Source: Bacilli bacterium (GTDB lineage Bacteria > Bacillota_I > Bacilli_A > MAG-NZ). From it: a stretch of DNA of 64,000 nucleotides. The stretch covers positions 9,880 through 73,879 of the forward strand of contig JAGYLA010000002.1 in the NCBI GenBank assembly GCA_018401215.1, written 5' to 3'. The stretch's first letter is position 1, and every line of letters begins with the position of its first letter. The translations under genes were made by a program, and so were the position numbers. The notes under the pieces were generated by a model that saw nothing but the letters and a program-made list of their open reading frames with translations, had not been told where the DNA came from and made no database searches. Of this stretch, positions 24,225 through 34,854 are shown in pieces.

Positions 24225-26738
24225 ATGGTTTACTCAAAACAGCAAATAGAAGCGCTAAATCAAGCATTAAAAGCTCATTACCCACACTTATTTCCTGCAG
24301 ATTTATCGATGACAAAATCACTCAGTGGTGTGTCACGATTGGTCATGTTAGATCGTTACTCGCAAAAGGATGTTGGTCAACTGACACTGGCCGAAGGTGA
24401 TTTGGTCGTTTGTATTGCGAAAGATGACCCGAAATTTCCAGCCCGCGGGATTGGAAACGTCGAATCCATTATTGACGATGAAGCAGTCATTATTCTTGAA
24501 GAAGAATATTATGGCTCTGCGCCTGACCAAGTAAATGGTCGCATCACTCGAAAATTAGCTCAAATTGATAAACCTTTAGAATTATTTTATGAACAAATTG
24601 CATCTCGTGTTGGAACAAACTTGTCTGATACCGATGAAGACAAAGCACAAATGATTCACGAAATCGCGGAACACAATATTGTTCCTGCGGGACGCGTCTT
24701 GTTTGGAGCTGGTTCACAAACAAATGTCACTTATTTCAACTGCTACGTCATGCCTTATGTGCATGACTCTCGTGGAGGCATTGCCAAACACCGTGAACAA
24801 GTCATGGAAATCATGTCTCGTGGTGGTGGTGTTGGGACAAACGGGTCTACCCTTCGTCCTAAGCATTCCTTAGCCCGCGGCGTCAATGGACGAAGCTCGG
24901 GAGCAGTTAGCTGGTTGAATGATATTTCTGGATTGACCAACTTGGTGGAACAAGGGGGATCACGTCGTGGTGCCCAAATGATTATGCTTGCCGACTGGCA
25001 TCCAGACATCATCGAGTTCATCATTTCTAAAATGCAAAATCCTAAAATCTTACGTTTCTTGCAATCTACGATTGAAGACAAAGATATTCGTCAACAAGCC
25101 GAACAAAAATTACGCTTTGTGCCACTATCTGATGCCGAACGCGACATGTATGAAACCGTGTTGCAGTTAGCTCAGTCAGGAACTCACTTTTCCAAAGAAA
25201 CGATTGCCGAAGCCGAAAAACTTTATGCAGAAGGCGGTCGTTACGAAGTTCAACAATCTGAATTCTTAACCGGAGCAAACATTTCAGTTGCAATTACGAA
25301 AGAGTTCATGCAAGCGGTCGAAGACGACGGATTATATCAACTTCGTTTCCCTGATGTTGACAATTACACCCCCGAACAAAAAGCAGCGTACAATGCAGAT
25401 TGGCAACAAGTTGGTGACGTTCGTGAATGGGAAAAAATGGGGTACCCCGTTAAGGTGTACAAAACCATCAAAGCAAAAGATTTATGGAACTTAATCAACG
25501 TTTGTGCAACATATGCGGCAGAACCTGGAATCTTCTTCATTGATAACGCAAATGAAAAAACAAACGCAGTTGGTTATGACCAAAAAGTTGTTTGTACCAA
25601 CCCATGTGGAGAACAACCGTTAGCTCCCTACAGTGTGTGTAACTTAGCCGCACTGAACTTAGCAAATTTCGTTGACAAACAATCTGGCGAAATCTTGTGG
25701 GACAAACTCAAAACTACCATCTACACAAGTATTCGCATGCAAGACAATGTCATTGATAGAACGCACTACTTCTTGGAAGACAACAAGCGTCAAGCCCTTG
25801 GAGAACGTCGTATTGGAATGGGTGTCATGGGATTGCATGACATGATTCTTTGGACAAGAACGCGTTACGGTTCTCCTGAGAGTTTGGAATTGATTGATGA
25901 ATTGTTTGAATTCATCGCAGTCAATGCGTATCGTGCAAGCATTGAACTTGCCAAAGAAAAAGGATCCTATCCTTTCTTGGCCACTCAATTAAACCGCGAG
26001 AAAATGATTCGTTCTGGATTCATTCAAGGACTTCCAAAAGACATCCAAGATGACATCTTGAAATACGGCATTCGTAATTCGCACTTGTTGACTGTCGCTC
26101 CAACTGGATCAACCGGAACGATGGTAGGTGTTGCAACTGGACTTGAACCCTACTTCGCCTTCAAATATTTCCGCAGTGGACGCTTGGGTCGATTTATCGA
26201 AGTCGATGCTCCAATCGTTGCTGAATTTGCCAAAGAACACCCTACTATGGTCAATGGTTCCTTGCCAGACTTCTTCGTTAGTGCAAATGACTTGGCTCCT
26301 GAAGAACACGTAGACGTCCAAACAAGAATTCAGCGCTGGGTCGATTCTTCCATTTCCAAAACAGTCAACGCACCAAAAGGTTACAGCGTTGCTCAAGTCG
26401 AAAGCGTATACTCCAGACTCTACAAAGGTGGCGCCAAAGGCGGGACCGTATATGTCGATGGTTCTCGAGACGCTCAAGTCTTAACCTTAACGGCGGAAGA
26501 AAACACCGTTCAACTGGATTTGGTTAACGAGTATTCTTTGGACATTGATGAAAAACGAGTCAACGTTCGTGAAGACAAATCAACGGTTGCTGCTCCATTA
26601 AAGAACGACCGTCAAGGACGTGAAATTGGTGTAGAGGTTGGTGACATCTGTCCAATTTGTAATGAAGGGACGGTCGTTGAAAGTGGCGGCTGTAATACAT
26701 GCAACAACTGCAATGCTCAATTAAAATGTGGATTATAA
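24225..26738 (+). CDS. nrdJ: Adenosylcobalamin-dependent (class II) ribonucleotide reductase
   Basis: 837 aa with the active-site stretch TNPCGEQPLAPYSVCNL, ISKTVN and a C-terminal Cys-rich tail CPICNEGTVVESGGCNTCNNCNAQLKCG. AGGTGG SD 8 nt upstream. Confidence 0.9.
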   Translation: MVYSKQQIEALNQALKAHYPHLFPADLSMTKSLSGVSRLVMLDRYSQKDVGQLTLAEGDLVVCIAKDDPKFPARGIGNVESIIDDEAVIILEEEYYGSAPDQVNGRITRKLAQIDKPLELFYEQIASRVGTNLSDTDEDKAQMIHEIAEHNIVPAGRVLFGAGSQTNVTYFNCYVMPYVHDSRGGIAKHREQVMEIMSRGGGVGTNGSTLRPKHSLARGVNGRSSGAVSWLNDISGLTNLVEQGGSRRGAQMIMLADWHPDIIEFIISKMQNPKILRFLQSTIEDKDIRQQAEQKLRFVPLSDAERDMYETVLQLAQSGTHFSKETIAEAEKLYAEGGRYEVQQSEFLTGANISVAITKEFMQAVEDDGLYQLRFPDVDNYTPEQKAAYNADWQQVGDVREWEKMGYPVKVYKTIKAKDLWNLINVCATYAAEPGIFFIDNANEKTNAVGYDQKVVCTNPCGEQPLAPYSVCNLAALNLANFVDKQSGEILWDKLKTTIYTSIRMQDNVIDRTHYFLEDNKRQALGERRIGMGVMGLHDMILWTRTRYGSPESLELIDELFEFIAVNAYRASIELAKEKGSYPFLATQLNREKMIRSGFIQGLPKDIQDDILKYGIRNSHLLTVAPTGSTGTMVGVATGLEPYFAFKYFRSGRLGRFIEVDAPIVAEFAKEHPTMVNGSLPDFFVSANDLAPEEHVDVQTRIQRWVDSSISKTVNAPKGYSVAQVESVYSRLYKGGAKGGTVYVDGSRDAQVLTLTAEENTVQLDLVNEYSLDIDEKRVNVREDKSTVAAPLKNDRQGREIGVEVGDICPICNEGTVVESGGCNTCNNCNAQLKCGL

Positions 26739-26764
26739 AAAGGCTGATTCTCAGCCTTTTTGTT
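26738..26764 (+). terminator. Rho-independent terminator after nrdJ
   Basis: AAGGCTGA-TTC-TCAGCCTT followed by TTTTGTT, starting at the nrdJ stop. Confidence 0.65.
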
Positions 26765-26775
26765 ATACTAATTTA

Positions 26776-27237
26776 ATGAGACTCTTCCAACAATTATTGG
26801 GTGGTGTTGCCTTCTTATTAGGCCTATACTACTTACAACTGCTCTTCTTTGAAATGGTCGATCGATGGAACTTGTTTGTTCCCTATTTTGACGCATTGCC
26901 ATTTGAAATATTAATCTATTTGCTTGTGTTGATGTTGTTCTTGATGGCAGCCATCATCTATTTGAGTGATGAAGACCATCCTGTTTATGCCTTGTTGTTT
27001 TTACTTCAAGTCCCTTGGTTGTTGTTCTTCCCATTGCTCTTTGTCCCAAGTGTTCCGCTCTTGTTGTTTTATATCAACGCAAGAATCCGTCACCAAATAA
27101 TCCAAACAAAAGTTCTTCCCTTGATTGCAGGATATGTATTCACAACGGTTGCCCCGCTGTTAAGCATTATCATCTTGTTTCTAGGTTGGGGAGCACTATC
27201 GACTTCAATATTTACCACAAAAAAACGAAGCGTTTAA
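26776..27237 (+). CDS. Hypothetical polytopic membrane protein
   Basis: The hydrophobic ORF in the track starts at 26728, inside the nrdJ terminator. The ATG at 26776 (MRLFQQLLGG) is more plausible, but no clear SD is present. Confidence 0.45.
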   Translation: MRLFQQLLGGVAFLLGLYYLQLLFFEMVDRWNLFVPYFDALPFEILIYLLVLMLFLMAAIIYLSDEDHPVYALLFLLQVPWLLFFPLLFVPSVPLLLFYINARIRHQIIQTKVLPLIAGYVFTTVAPLLSIIILFLGWGALSTSIFTTKKRSV

Positions 27238-27791
27238 GCTTCGTTTTCTCTGTCTAAGAATGCACTTAAATCTTGATATTCTGTTGCTGTTGGAATGTCA
27301 TTTTCTACGTTTGTATGAAATAAAACATCAACAAGTAGCTGTTTTTCTTTGACATACATATATGCGTTGGCTCCAGCTAACACACCAAGTAATATAAGCG
27401 AGAATACGATACCTGTAGTGAACGCACCACCTCCACTTGATCGAACTCCACTCGTGGGAAACTCTGCATTGATGAATCCCATGATACCTAGTACGAGTGG
27501 TAAGAAGGCAATATATTTTGAGACTGCATCACGCAAGAGTAAACGAATCGGTGTCATCATCCCAACCGTTGGCATGACTTTTAAATCCATTAATTTTTTG
27601 CCAATGGACCCACGCAAGTACGTCGAAACGAGTCCATACACAACCCCATAAACAACAAGTAATCCCAACAGATTCACGATAAACCGTAAGAACCCATTTG
27701 CGATACCACGAAACAAGAATAGTACGAGCAATGAGATGACAACAAAGAGAACTACATCGATTCCATAAGCAATCATTCTTCGATTACGCAT
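27234..27791 (-). CDS. RDD-family-like membrane protein
   Basis: [18 protein letters not shown] start and multiple TM helices. The ATG at 27791 has a GAGGAG SD with 7-nt spacing, whereas the track start at 27806 is a TTG. 8-nt overlap with the dusB stop. Confidence 0.55.
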   Translation of the reverse strand: MRNRRMIAYGIDVVLFVVISLLVLFLFRGIANGFLRFIVNLLGLLVVYGVVYGLVSTYLRGSIGKKLMDLKVMPTVGMMTPIRLLLRDAVSKYIAFLPLVLGIMGFINAEFPTSGVRSSGGGAFTTGIVFSLILLGVLAGANAYMYVKEKQLLVDVLFHTNVENDIPTATEYQDLSAFLDRENEA

Positions 27792-28773
27792 CGTTTGACT
27801 CCTCAACTAATGTCTCATAGACTTGAATTAAATCCATTATATCATCTACGGTTTCAATCGCTTGGAGCTTTCGTTTGAGTTCTGTTGAGAACGGTAACCC
27901 TTTGACGTACCAAGCAATATGGGTTCGCATCTCAAGAACGGCAATCTTCTCGCCTTTGACCTCAATCAAACGGTGTAAATGTTTTAACATTGTGACTTTT
28001 CGTTCCTCGAAACTAACATCTCGGTGACGAACATTTCCTGCGAGTCCTTGCACCATTTCTTCAACGACCCAAGGATTTCCTAAGGCAGCTCGACCAATCA
28101 TCACAGCATCAACACCGGTTTCTTTTAACATTCGTTGCGCATCTTCAAACGTGCGAACGTCACCATTACCAATCACTGGAATCGATACCGCTTCTTTGAC
28201 TTGACGAATAATATCCCAATCGGCTTTGCCTTCATACAACTGAGCGCGTGTGCGACCATGAACTGCTATCGCACTTGCTCCTGCTGATTCAATTAGTTTT
28301 GCCACTTCCACGGCATTGATGGAGTGACTATCCCAACCAATTCGAATCTTAACGGTAACGGGTTTATTCACTGCTTCTACTGTTGCTTTGACAATGTCGT
28401 AAATCAAAGCTGGATTAGCTAGTAATGCACTTCCAGCATGACCTTTGGTCACTTTCTTGACCGGACATCCCATATTGATATCAATAATGTCGGCATTTGA
28501 GTGAACATCAATGATTTTTGCAGCAGCAACAATGCTTTCGACATCTGCACCAAATACTTGCATACTCATCGGGTGTTCAAAATCACTCACTTGTAACATT
28601 TTAATGGTCTTTTCGTTGTTGTAGATGACCCCTTTGTCAGAGACCATTTCAGCACAAACCAACCCTGCACCAAACTCTTTGACCACTTCGCGATAAGCGA
28701 TATTCATCACGCCAGCCATTGGAGCAACGACAATCTGGTTGTCAATTTCAACCGGCCCAATGTTCCACTTCAT
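27784..28773 (-). CDS. dusB: tRNA-dihydrouridine synthase
   Basis: 329 aa. [15 protein letters not shown] and [11 protein letters not shown] motifs of the Dus family. Confidence 0.9.
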   Translation of the reverse strand: MKWNIGPVEIDNQIVVAPMAGVMNIAYREVVKEFGAGLVCAEMVSDKGVIYNNEKTIKMLQVSDFEHPMSMQVFGADVESIVAAAKIIDVHSNADIIDINMGCPVKKVTKGHAGSALLANPALIYDIVKATVEAVNKPVTVKIRIGWDSHSINAVEVAKLIESAGASAIAVHGRTRAQLYEGKADWDIIRQVKEAVSIPVIGNGDVRTFEDAQRMLKETGVDAVMIGRAALGNPWVVEEMVQGLAGNVRHRDVSFEERKVTMLKHLHRLIEVKGEKIAVLEMRTHIAWYVKGLPFSTELKRKLQAIETVDDIMDLIQVYETLVEESNDA

Positions 28774-29420
28774 CGTTCATTCCTTGATGTATTTCGCAAT
28801 GAATTGATAACCAATTCAATGAACAATTCATAATTACCAATTTGGTCGGTAATCGGGTCAAACGTTGCCACGGTTAAGTGGAAAATATACTTTTGAACAT
28901 ACGAAAAGGCCATTTGTGCAATAGTATAAGCTAGTTTCGAAGGATCAAGTTGAATAATCGAGCCATCTTGAACACCGCGATTAATCGACTCAAATATAAT
29001 GTGACCCACGTTGTTTTCGTTTAAGAACTCTACCAATCGGTAATTTGGATATTCTGTCACAAACGCATAATCAAACATCGTTAAATACGTCGTAACTTCT
29101 TTATGTTCCATAAACCAGCGACCAAAAAAACGAATCCAATACGCCGTTTCTAAAAACCCATTCTCAAATTCAAGCTTGGTGGTTTTGGCTTCTTGCAATT
29201 CATTGACTGAAATGATTTGTAAATCAATCGCAATCTCTTCTTTTGCATTGTAGTAATTATAAACACTACGCAAGGTCATTTGAGCAGCCTGTGCGATGGT
29301 ATCCATCGTCACATAATGGATCCCGTTGTTTATGAACAACTGGAATGCTTGTTCCAGAATGTTTTTTCTGTGAGCTTGTCTTGTTCGACTCTCATTGTAG
29401 TTTAATACCGAAGTGTCCAT
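28770..29420 (-). CDS. TetR/AcrR-family transcriptional regulator
   Basis: N-terminal HTH ([37 protein letters not shown]). ATGA overlap with dusB. The ATG at 29420 has better SD spacing than the one at 29426. Confidence 0.85.
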   Translation of the reverse strand: MDTSVLNYNESRTRQAHRKNILEQAFQLFINNGIHYVTMDTIAQAAQMTLRSVYNYYNAKEEIAIDLQIISVNELQEAKTTKLEFENGFLETAYWIRFFGRWFMEHKEVTTYLTMFDYAFVTEYPNYRLVEFLNENNVGHIIFESINRGVQDGSIIQLDPSKLAYTIAQMAFSYVQKYIFHLTVATFDPITDQIGNYELFIELVINSLRNTSRNER

Positions 29421-29449
29421 AAGCATCTCCGTTCATATTCTCACTATTT

Positions 29450-29461
29450 TATCATATGATA
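29450..29461. promoter_or_regulatory. Perfect 12-bp palindrome, a candidate TetR operator
   Basis: TATCATATGATA lies in the divergent tetR/hslO intergenic region, about 30 nt upstream of the tetR start. Confidence 0.3.
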
Positions 29462-29488
29462 TTCCGTAAATTAAGCTAATTTTTGATA

Positions 29489-29497
29489 TGCTACAAT
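29489..29497 (+). promoter_or_regulatory. Candidate extended -10 promoter for hslO
   Basis: TGCTACAAT lies about 18 nt upstream of the hslO ATG. The -35 is weak. Confidence 0.35.
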
Positions 29498-29514
29498 GAC
29501 AAACAGGAGTGCTC

Positions 29515-30408
29515 ATGAGCGATTATTTAGTCAAAGGCTATGCCTACGATGGCACAGTTCGAATCTACGCCGCAATTACAACCAAACTAGTAGACCATGC
29601 ACGCGAAATCCATCAACTGTGGCCAACCGCCACTCAAGCATTGGGTCGTACCTTAACCGCTGGAGTGATTCAGGGGTCCTTTTATGCTGAAGACCAACAA
29701 ATTACCATCCGCATCGATGGGGGTGGACCACTGGGGAAAATCTTAGTTGATGCCGATGCTCATGGTCATGTACGAGGGTATGTTCAAAATTCTCATGTCA
29801 ATTTGATTTACGACGAAGGTGACAAGGCAGGTAGCAGTGCGGTAGGACAAGCGGTTGGGACAAACGGATTTCTACAAGTCACCAAAGACTTAAAAATTCG
29901 TGATTTCTTTACCTCAACCGCAGCATTACAAACCGGTGAAATCGCGGAAGACTTTACGTATTACTTTGCGGCCAGCGAACAAATTCCTTCTGCAGTAGGT
30001 TTGGGTGTTGTTGTTGATACTGACAACACCGTCAAAGTCGCAGGTGGATTTATTTTGCAAATCATGCCAGGTTGCAAAAAAGAAAGCCTTGACCGCATCG
30101 AACAACTGATCGAAGAAATGGAACCACTGAATCGTTTGTTGCTCGCTGGTAAAATGCCCGAAGACATCGTCGAGTATTTATCGGATATGAGTTGGGACCC
30201 ATTATATACGTTACCGCTTGCGTTTGAATGCAATTGTTCGCGCGAACGATTCCGCTCTGGGTTAGCGACGCTCCCTGAAGCCGACTTGGTTGAGATGATG
30301 GATGATGAAATCACAACCACAGAATGTCAGTTTTGTAGAAGTACATACACGTTCACGCCAACTGATCTTGAAACCATCATTGAAGAACGCACACAAAAAG
30401 GCTCCTAA
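29515..30408 (+). CDS. hslO: Redox-regulated chaperone Hsp33
   Basis: MSDYLVKGYAYDG start and the C-terminal zinc centre CNCSRERF...CQFCRSTY. AGGAG SD 6 nt upstream of the ATG at 29515 (the track starts at a GTG at 29509). Confidence 0.92.
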   Translation: MSDYLVKGYAYDGTVRIYAAITTKLVDHAREIHQLWPTATQALGRTLTAGVIQGSFYAEDQQITIRIDGGGPLGKILVDADAHGHVRGYVQNSHVNLIYDEGDKAGSSAVGQAVGTNGFLQVTKDLKIRDFFTSTAALQTGEIAEDFTYYFAASEQIPSAVGLGVVVDTDNTVKVAGGFILQIMPGCKKESLDRIEQLIEEMEPLNRLLLAGKMPEDIVEYLSDMSWDPLYTLPLAFECNCSRERFRSGLATLPEADLVEMMDDEITTTECQFCRSTYTFTPTDLETIIEERTQKGS

Positions 30409-30424
30409 GGGAGCCCTTTATTTT
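30397..30424. terminator. Terminator hairpin between the convergent hslO and MFS genes
   Basis: GGCTCC-TAAG-GGAGCC flanked by A- and T-runs. Overlaps the hslO stop. Confidence 0.5.
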
Positions 30425-30443
30425 GAGTACAATGTTCGTTATT

Positions 30444-31748
30444 TTAAACAGCAGGTTCATCAGAGTAATCAAATCGTGTATCTGGAACAAACGCTAGTAA
30501 TAAGGCGCCAATACTAAGTGGAACTAGGAGTGCTAGGACCGACAAGTTCACCGAAATGGCTTCGAATTGATACAACGTTGCTAAAATAATTGGACTAAAG
30601 ATTCCTGCGAAGCGGCCAAAGACACTAAAGAATCCAAAGAACTCATTGGACTTCTCCGTCGGAACCATTTGCGCAAAGAAGCTTCGAGAAATCGATTGAA
30701 TTCCCCCTTGAACCAATCCAACTAGTACCGCAACAATATACATGAAATACAAGCGGTCTGGACTATTCAACTGCCAAATCACAACAATAGAGACAGCATA
30801 TAGGGCAATCCCAAAGAAAATCATTCGTTTGGGGCCATATAATTTCGTTACTCGACCATAAATCAATGCACTAGGAAACGCAACCAACTGAACAATAATA
30901 ACAACTAATAGCAACGTAACATCCCCAACGTTTAAATCCGTTCCAATCGTTGTTGCTAAGCGAATGACACTATTGACAACATCAATGTAAAGCAAGTAGG
31001 CCGCTAGATACAAAAAGATCGGTTTGTATAATTTAAAGTCTTTGAAGATTCCAATGATTGAACCAAACGAATCCTTTAACATCGAGTCTGATTTAGGAAT
31101 CGAGTATTGTTGTTCAACATTGTTGACGATGGGACGAGAATACCACCACCACCATCCAAGACCAAGAATAAAGGCAAAACTAATTGAAATCCGGTAAAAC
31201 GATTCATCCAGTAGTCCAAAGGTCACCAATGCAAATGGGATAATTCCTAACATGAACGGAATCATACTTCCGATGTATCCGTATGCATAACCCATGGAAG
31301 AGATCTTATCCATTCTGCTTTTCGTTGTGACATCAATCAAGAATGCATCATAAATAATGTTTGCGGTATTGTACCCAAACGACATAATGACAAATAGCAC
31401 AAGCAACGTAACCCATGATAGAGTGGGAATCGCTAACCCAGCAACACCAATCATTCCCATCGTCATAAAGACTTTAAAGAACTTCATCTTATTGCCAGTG
31501 TAATTGGCTAACGACAACATAAATGGACTCATTAATGCTTCCACCAAAATAATTGCTGAGGTTAAGTACATAAAGGTACTAGAGACAAATCGATCTCCAA
31601 ACGTATCAAAGACCCCTTCACTACGAGCAACAAATTGTTGAAGCAGTGGAAATAACACCGTTACTACAGCAAGTGTAATCGCTGAGTTTGCTACATCATA
31701 TAGTACATAACTACGTTCTTTTACACTCAATTCAGGAAGTTTAAACAT
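30444..31748 (-). CDS. MFS transporter (UMF1/Atg22-like)
   Basis: About 12 TM helices over 434 aa. The ATG at 31748 is preceded by a GGAGGA SD, whereas the track start at 31760 is a TTG. Confidence 0.75.
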   Translation of the reverse strand: MFKLPELSVKERSYVLYDVANSAITLAVVTVLFPLLQQFVARSEGVFDTFGDRFVSSTFMYLTSAIILVEALMSPFMLSLANYTGNKMKFFKVFMTMGMIGVAGLAIPTLSWVTLLVLFVIMSFGYNTANIIYDAFLIDVTTKSRMDKISSMGYAYGYIGSMIPFMLGIIPFALVTFGLLDESFYRISISFAFILGLGWWWWYSRPIVNNVEQQYSIPKSDSMLKDSFGSIIGIFKDFKLYKPIFLYLAAYLLYIDVVNSVIRLATTIGTDLNVGDVTLLLVVIIVQLVAFPSALIYGRVTKLYGPKRMIFFGIALYAVSIVVIWQLNSPDRLYFMYIVAVLVGLVQGGIQSISRSFFAQMVPTEKSNEFFGFFSVFGRFAGIFSPIILATLYQFEAISVNLSVLALLVPLSIGALLLAFVPDTRFDYSDEPAV

Positions 31749-31843
31749 GGTTTCCTCCAAAATGCTTAAGAGATTATAGCATAGCGATGTAAAGTTGATT
31801 TAATGCCTTATGATAAAATAAATTTATTCAAAGGAGCCGACCA

Positions 31844-32779
31844 ATGCCAGATGCTGTCACGCATTGCTTTCTTGCAGAAGCTGCAAGGGATGCAAGCAAC
31901 ATATCATACTTAACCAACCACTTTGATTTGATGCAAATTGGTGCTCAAGGTCCGGATCCATTCTTTTATTATCACTTCTTACCTTGGCAGCCAAATAACG
32001 GAGCCAAGAAGCTCGCGTCTCGTTTACATACCGAATCAACAAAACCGTTTTTAGAGTTGATTATCTCGCTTGCAGATGATGATGAATCCAAAGCATGGGT
32101 CAGTGGTTTTTTGACACACTTCGCGTTGGATACAGTTGCTCACCCTTATGTCTTTTATCGCACCGGATTGTTTGATAAAGAAACGCAAGAAAATCGTGGC
32201 TACCATTTGATGTTAGAGCGAGCAATCGACAACATTTATATTGAACAACGTGGCATTTATCCAAACATCTACGACATCAAGAAACGGCACTTTGCTCGCA
32301 AATATATTCCAAACCGTATCATAGAGATCTTAAATCAAGCAGGTTCCACATTGTACCAACAACCCGACATGGGTGACATGTATGCTCAAGGCTACACTGA
32401 CTTTCGCAATGCATTTCGTTGGTTAAATTATGACCCCATTGGAATCAAAAAAGTCATCTTTCGACTATTGGATAAGGTCACCAAAGGAGACATTTTATTT
32501 AGTGCGCTAAGTGCTTACAATTATGTCAACCAAGGAATTGATTATTTGAACTTGGAACGAACTACTTGGCATCACCCCTCAACAAACGAAGCCTTTAACC
32601 TAACGTTCGATGAATTGTTTGACCAAGCAACCGCAAAAGCAATTCAACTAATTCAAGTAGCGAACAAATACTTTACGACCAAGGATCAAACATTATTTTC
32701 TGGTATCAACGATCAATCGTATGACACTGGCTTGCCATGTGGAACAGCTCCGATGACCTATTTCGATATCATGTATTAA
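31844..32779 (+). CDS. Zinc-dependent phospholipase C-family-like protein
   Basis: 311 aa. N-terminal PDAVTHCFLAE and later His-rich FLTHFALDTVAHPYV resemble the Zn_dep_PLPC family. AGGAG SD. The assignment is tentative. Confidence 0.5.
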   Translation: MPDAVTHCFLAEAARDASNISYLTNHFDLMQIGAQGPDPFFYYHFLPWQPNNGAKKLASRLHTESTKPFLELIISLADDDESKAWVSGFLTHFALDTVAHPYVFYRTGLFDKETQENRGYHLMLERAIDNIYIEQRGIYPNIYDIKKRHFARKYIPNRIIEILNQAGSTLYQQPDMGDMYAQGYTDFRNAFRWLNYDPIGIKKVIFRLLDKVTKGDILFSALSAYNYVNQGIDYLNLERTTWHHPSTNEAFNLTFDELFDQATAKAIQLIQVANKYFTTKDQTLFSGINDQSYDTGLPCGTAPMTYFDIMY

Positions 32780-32806
32780 AAAAGCCAAATCATTTGGCTT
32801 TTTTTA
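32778..32806. terminator. Bidirectional terminator between the PLC-like gene and surE
   Basis: AAAAAGCCAAA-TCAT-TTTGGCTTTTTTT, overlapping both stop codons. Confidence 0.6.
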
Positions 32807-33506
32807 AGTAATCATAATGCGTTCGGTCTAAGATGATCGGTGTAATGGATACGTAGCCTTCTGAAACAGCTTGAAAATCTGAATCTGGATCATCTTCCCT
32901 TGATAAGAACTCATATGTATTGTAGTACTTGCCATTGTCTTCAATGAAATGGACTTTTGTTTCTTTGCGTCCTTGTTTGGTAAACCGAAATCCTTTCATG
33001 ACTTCATGATCACGGTTTGGAAAATTCACATTCAATACCGCATCGGTTGAAAGTAACTGTTCATCCAACAGATACGCAATCACTTCTTTGATATGACGAC
33101 GCACCACACTGAAATGACTTTTTGACCCTACGCTAAGGGCAACGCTTGGCAAGCCGTGCAATGCACCTTCTGTAGCACCTGCAACGGTCCCTGAGTAAAA
33201 AACATCTTGGCCCAAGTTTGCTCCGTTGTTGACTCCTGAAAACACCGCATCAAACTGCACCTTAAAGTAGTCAAGTCCAAACCGTGTACAATCAGCAGGG
33301 GTTCCAGAAATCGCCAATTCTTGGTCACCAAATTGTTTCATCTCAAAGGCATTTTTAAAGATGGAAACAGAGTGTGATTTCCCAGATTGTTCTTCCAAAG
33401 GCGCAACCACATATACGTTGCCAAATGCTTTCAGTGCTTCCTTTAATAGTTTGATCCCTTCATCGAAGTATCCATCGTCGTTGACGACCAAAAAATTTTT
33501 GTCCAT
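32790..33506 (-). CDS. surE: 5'/3'-nucleotidase SurE
   Basis: 238 aa. FLVVNDDGYFDEGIKLL and GVNNGANLG, YSGTVAGA motifs. Confidence 0.88.
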   Translation of the reverse strand: MDKNFLVVNDDGYFDEGIKLLKEALKAFGNVYVVAPLEEQSGKSHSVSIFKNAFEMKQFGDQELAISGTPADCTRFGLDYFKVQFDAVFSGVNNGANLGQDVFYSGTVAGATEGALHGLPSVALSVGSKSHFSVVRRHIKEVIAYLLDEQLLSTDAVLNVNFPNRDHEVMKGFRFTKQGRKETKVHFIEDNGKYYNTYEFLSREDDPDSDFQAVSEGYVSITPIILDRTHYDYLKKAK

Positions 33507-33591
33507 TTGTTCACCTTCAATAGTGTATCATGAAGAACTTTGTCTCAATAGCAGCCAAAAAACTCATTTCACTGCGTGATATAATGCAAGA

Positions 33592-34854
33592 GTGAAACGA
33601 TTGATCCCATCCGCTCCAACTGACCGTGTTTTGGTCGCAGTATCTGGAGGCGTTGATTCCATGGTGTTATTATCGCATTATCAAAACACCGCTTCGCAGG
33701 TTGTTCATTTTAACTATCATACGCGTCCACAAAGCAATCAAGATGAAGCATTTGTGATGAAACAAGCAAAAAAATATGGGTTGCCTTGTGTTGTAATTCA
33801 CGCTCCAATATTGAACGAAGGTAATTTTCAAGAACTCGCAAGAACCTATCGCTATGATATTTTGAGTGACCTTGCGCAAACGCAAGGATTCGATAAAGTG
33901 GTGTTGGCACATCATCAAGACGATGCAGCGGAAACCTTGTTACTACAATTACTTCGCGGCACTTCCTTGCAACATCTTGGGCTCAACAAAGAGCTCCATT
34001 GGAAGGGAGTGTTATTTGAACGTCCCTTTTACACATTGACGAAAACTCAAATCCATGAATATGCCAAAGCGAACAAAATTGCCTATAAGGAAGATGCAAC
34101 AAATCAAAGCGATGACTACTTGCGCAACCGGTTGCGTCATAACATCATTCCGTTATTAATGAACGAACAACCCAAATTCACCGAAAAAGTTGCTCAATTA
34201 GCAACCCAATCTTCGGCGTTAAAAGACTATTTCGATCAAGCAACAACCGCGTTGTTTGAGCAAAAGTCTCGCTCGATGTTTCAATCCACAGCGCCCATCC
34301 TTCAAGATCATACGCTACTTCGTTGGTGCCATGCGTATCAGATCGAACCTCATACCAATTTGATTCAGTTGTTGAAGCGAGTCTTGTTGTCAAACGAACC
34401 CCAAACTAAGGTCCAATTATCCCCCTCGTTATGGTGTGTTGTAACATATGATCTCATTGCATTTACCCAGCCATTCACTCGTCCATCATTTCACATCGAA
34501 ATCAACGCACATGGCGAATATGAACTACCAAATCATGATATAGTAATTATTAGCACTACCAAGCCAGACCAATCAGAAGGCTTCATTACAATAACAAGTC
34601 AAGACGCCCATTTTCCACTACAAATCCGTACTCGACTCGATGGTGATCAATTGTTGCTACCTTACGGACACAAATCACTCAGTGATTGGTTGATTGACCA
34701 CAAAGTGCCAAATCAACAGCGTGACACGATGTGGGTGTTAGCTAAAGCAAACAATGTATTGTGGATTCCCGCGATGACGTACCAAGTCGCACAATCAGAA
34801 TCACCCTCACTATATGTAAAAATAAAGGATAGTACATATGAACAAACTACATGA
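33592..34854 (+). CDS. tilS: tRNA(Ile)-lysidine synthase
   Basis: 420 aa, GTG start. PP-loop VAVSGGVDSMVLL. Followed by hpt and ftsH as in Bacillus. Confidence 0.88.
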   Translation: MKRLIPSAPTDRVLVAVSGGVDSMVLLSHYQNTASQVVHFNYHTRPQSNQDEAFVMKQAKKYGLPCVVIHAPILNEGNFQELARTYRYDILSDLAQTQGFDKVVLAHHQDDAAETLLLQLLRGTSLQHLGLNKELHWKGVLFERPFYTLTKTQIHEYAKANKIAYKEDATNQSDDYLRNRLRHNIIPLLMNEQPKFTEKVAQLATQSSALKDYFDQATTALFEQKSRSMFQSTAPILQDHTLLRWCHAYQIEPHTNLIQLLKRVLLSNEPQTKVQLSPSLWCVVTYDLIAFTQPFTRPSFHIEINAHGEYELPNHDIVIISTTKPDQSEGFITITSQDAHFPLQIRTRLDGDQLLLPYGHKSLSDWLIDHKVPNQQRDTMWVLAKANNVLWIPAMTYQVAQSESPSLYVKIKDSTYEQTT

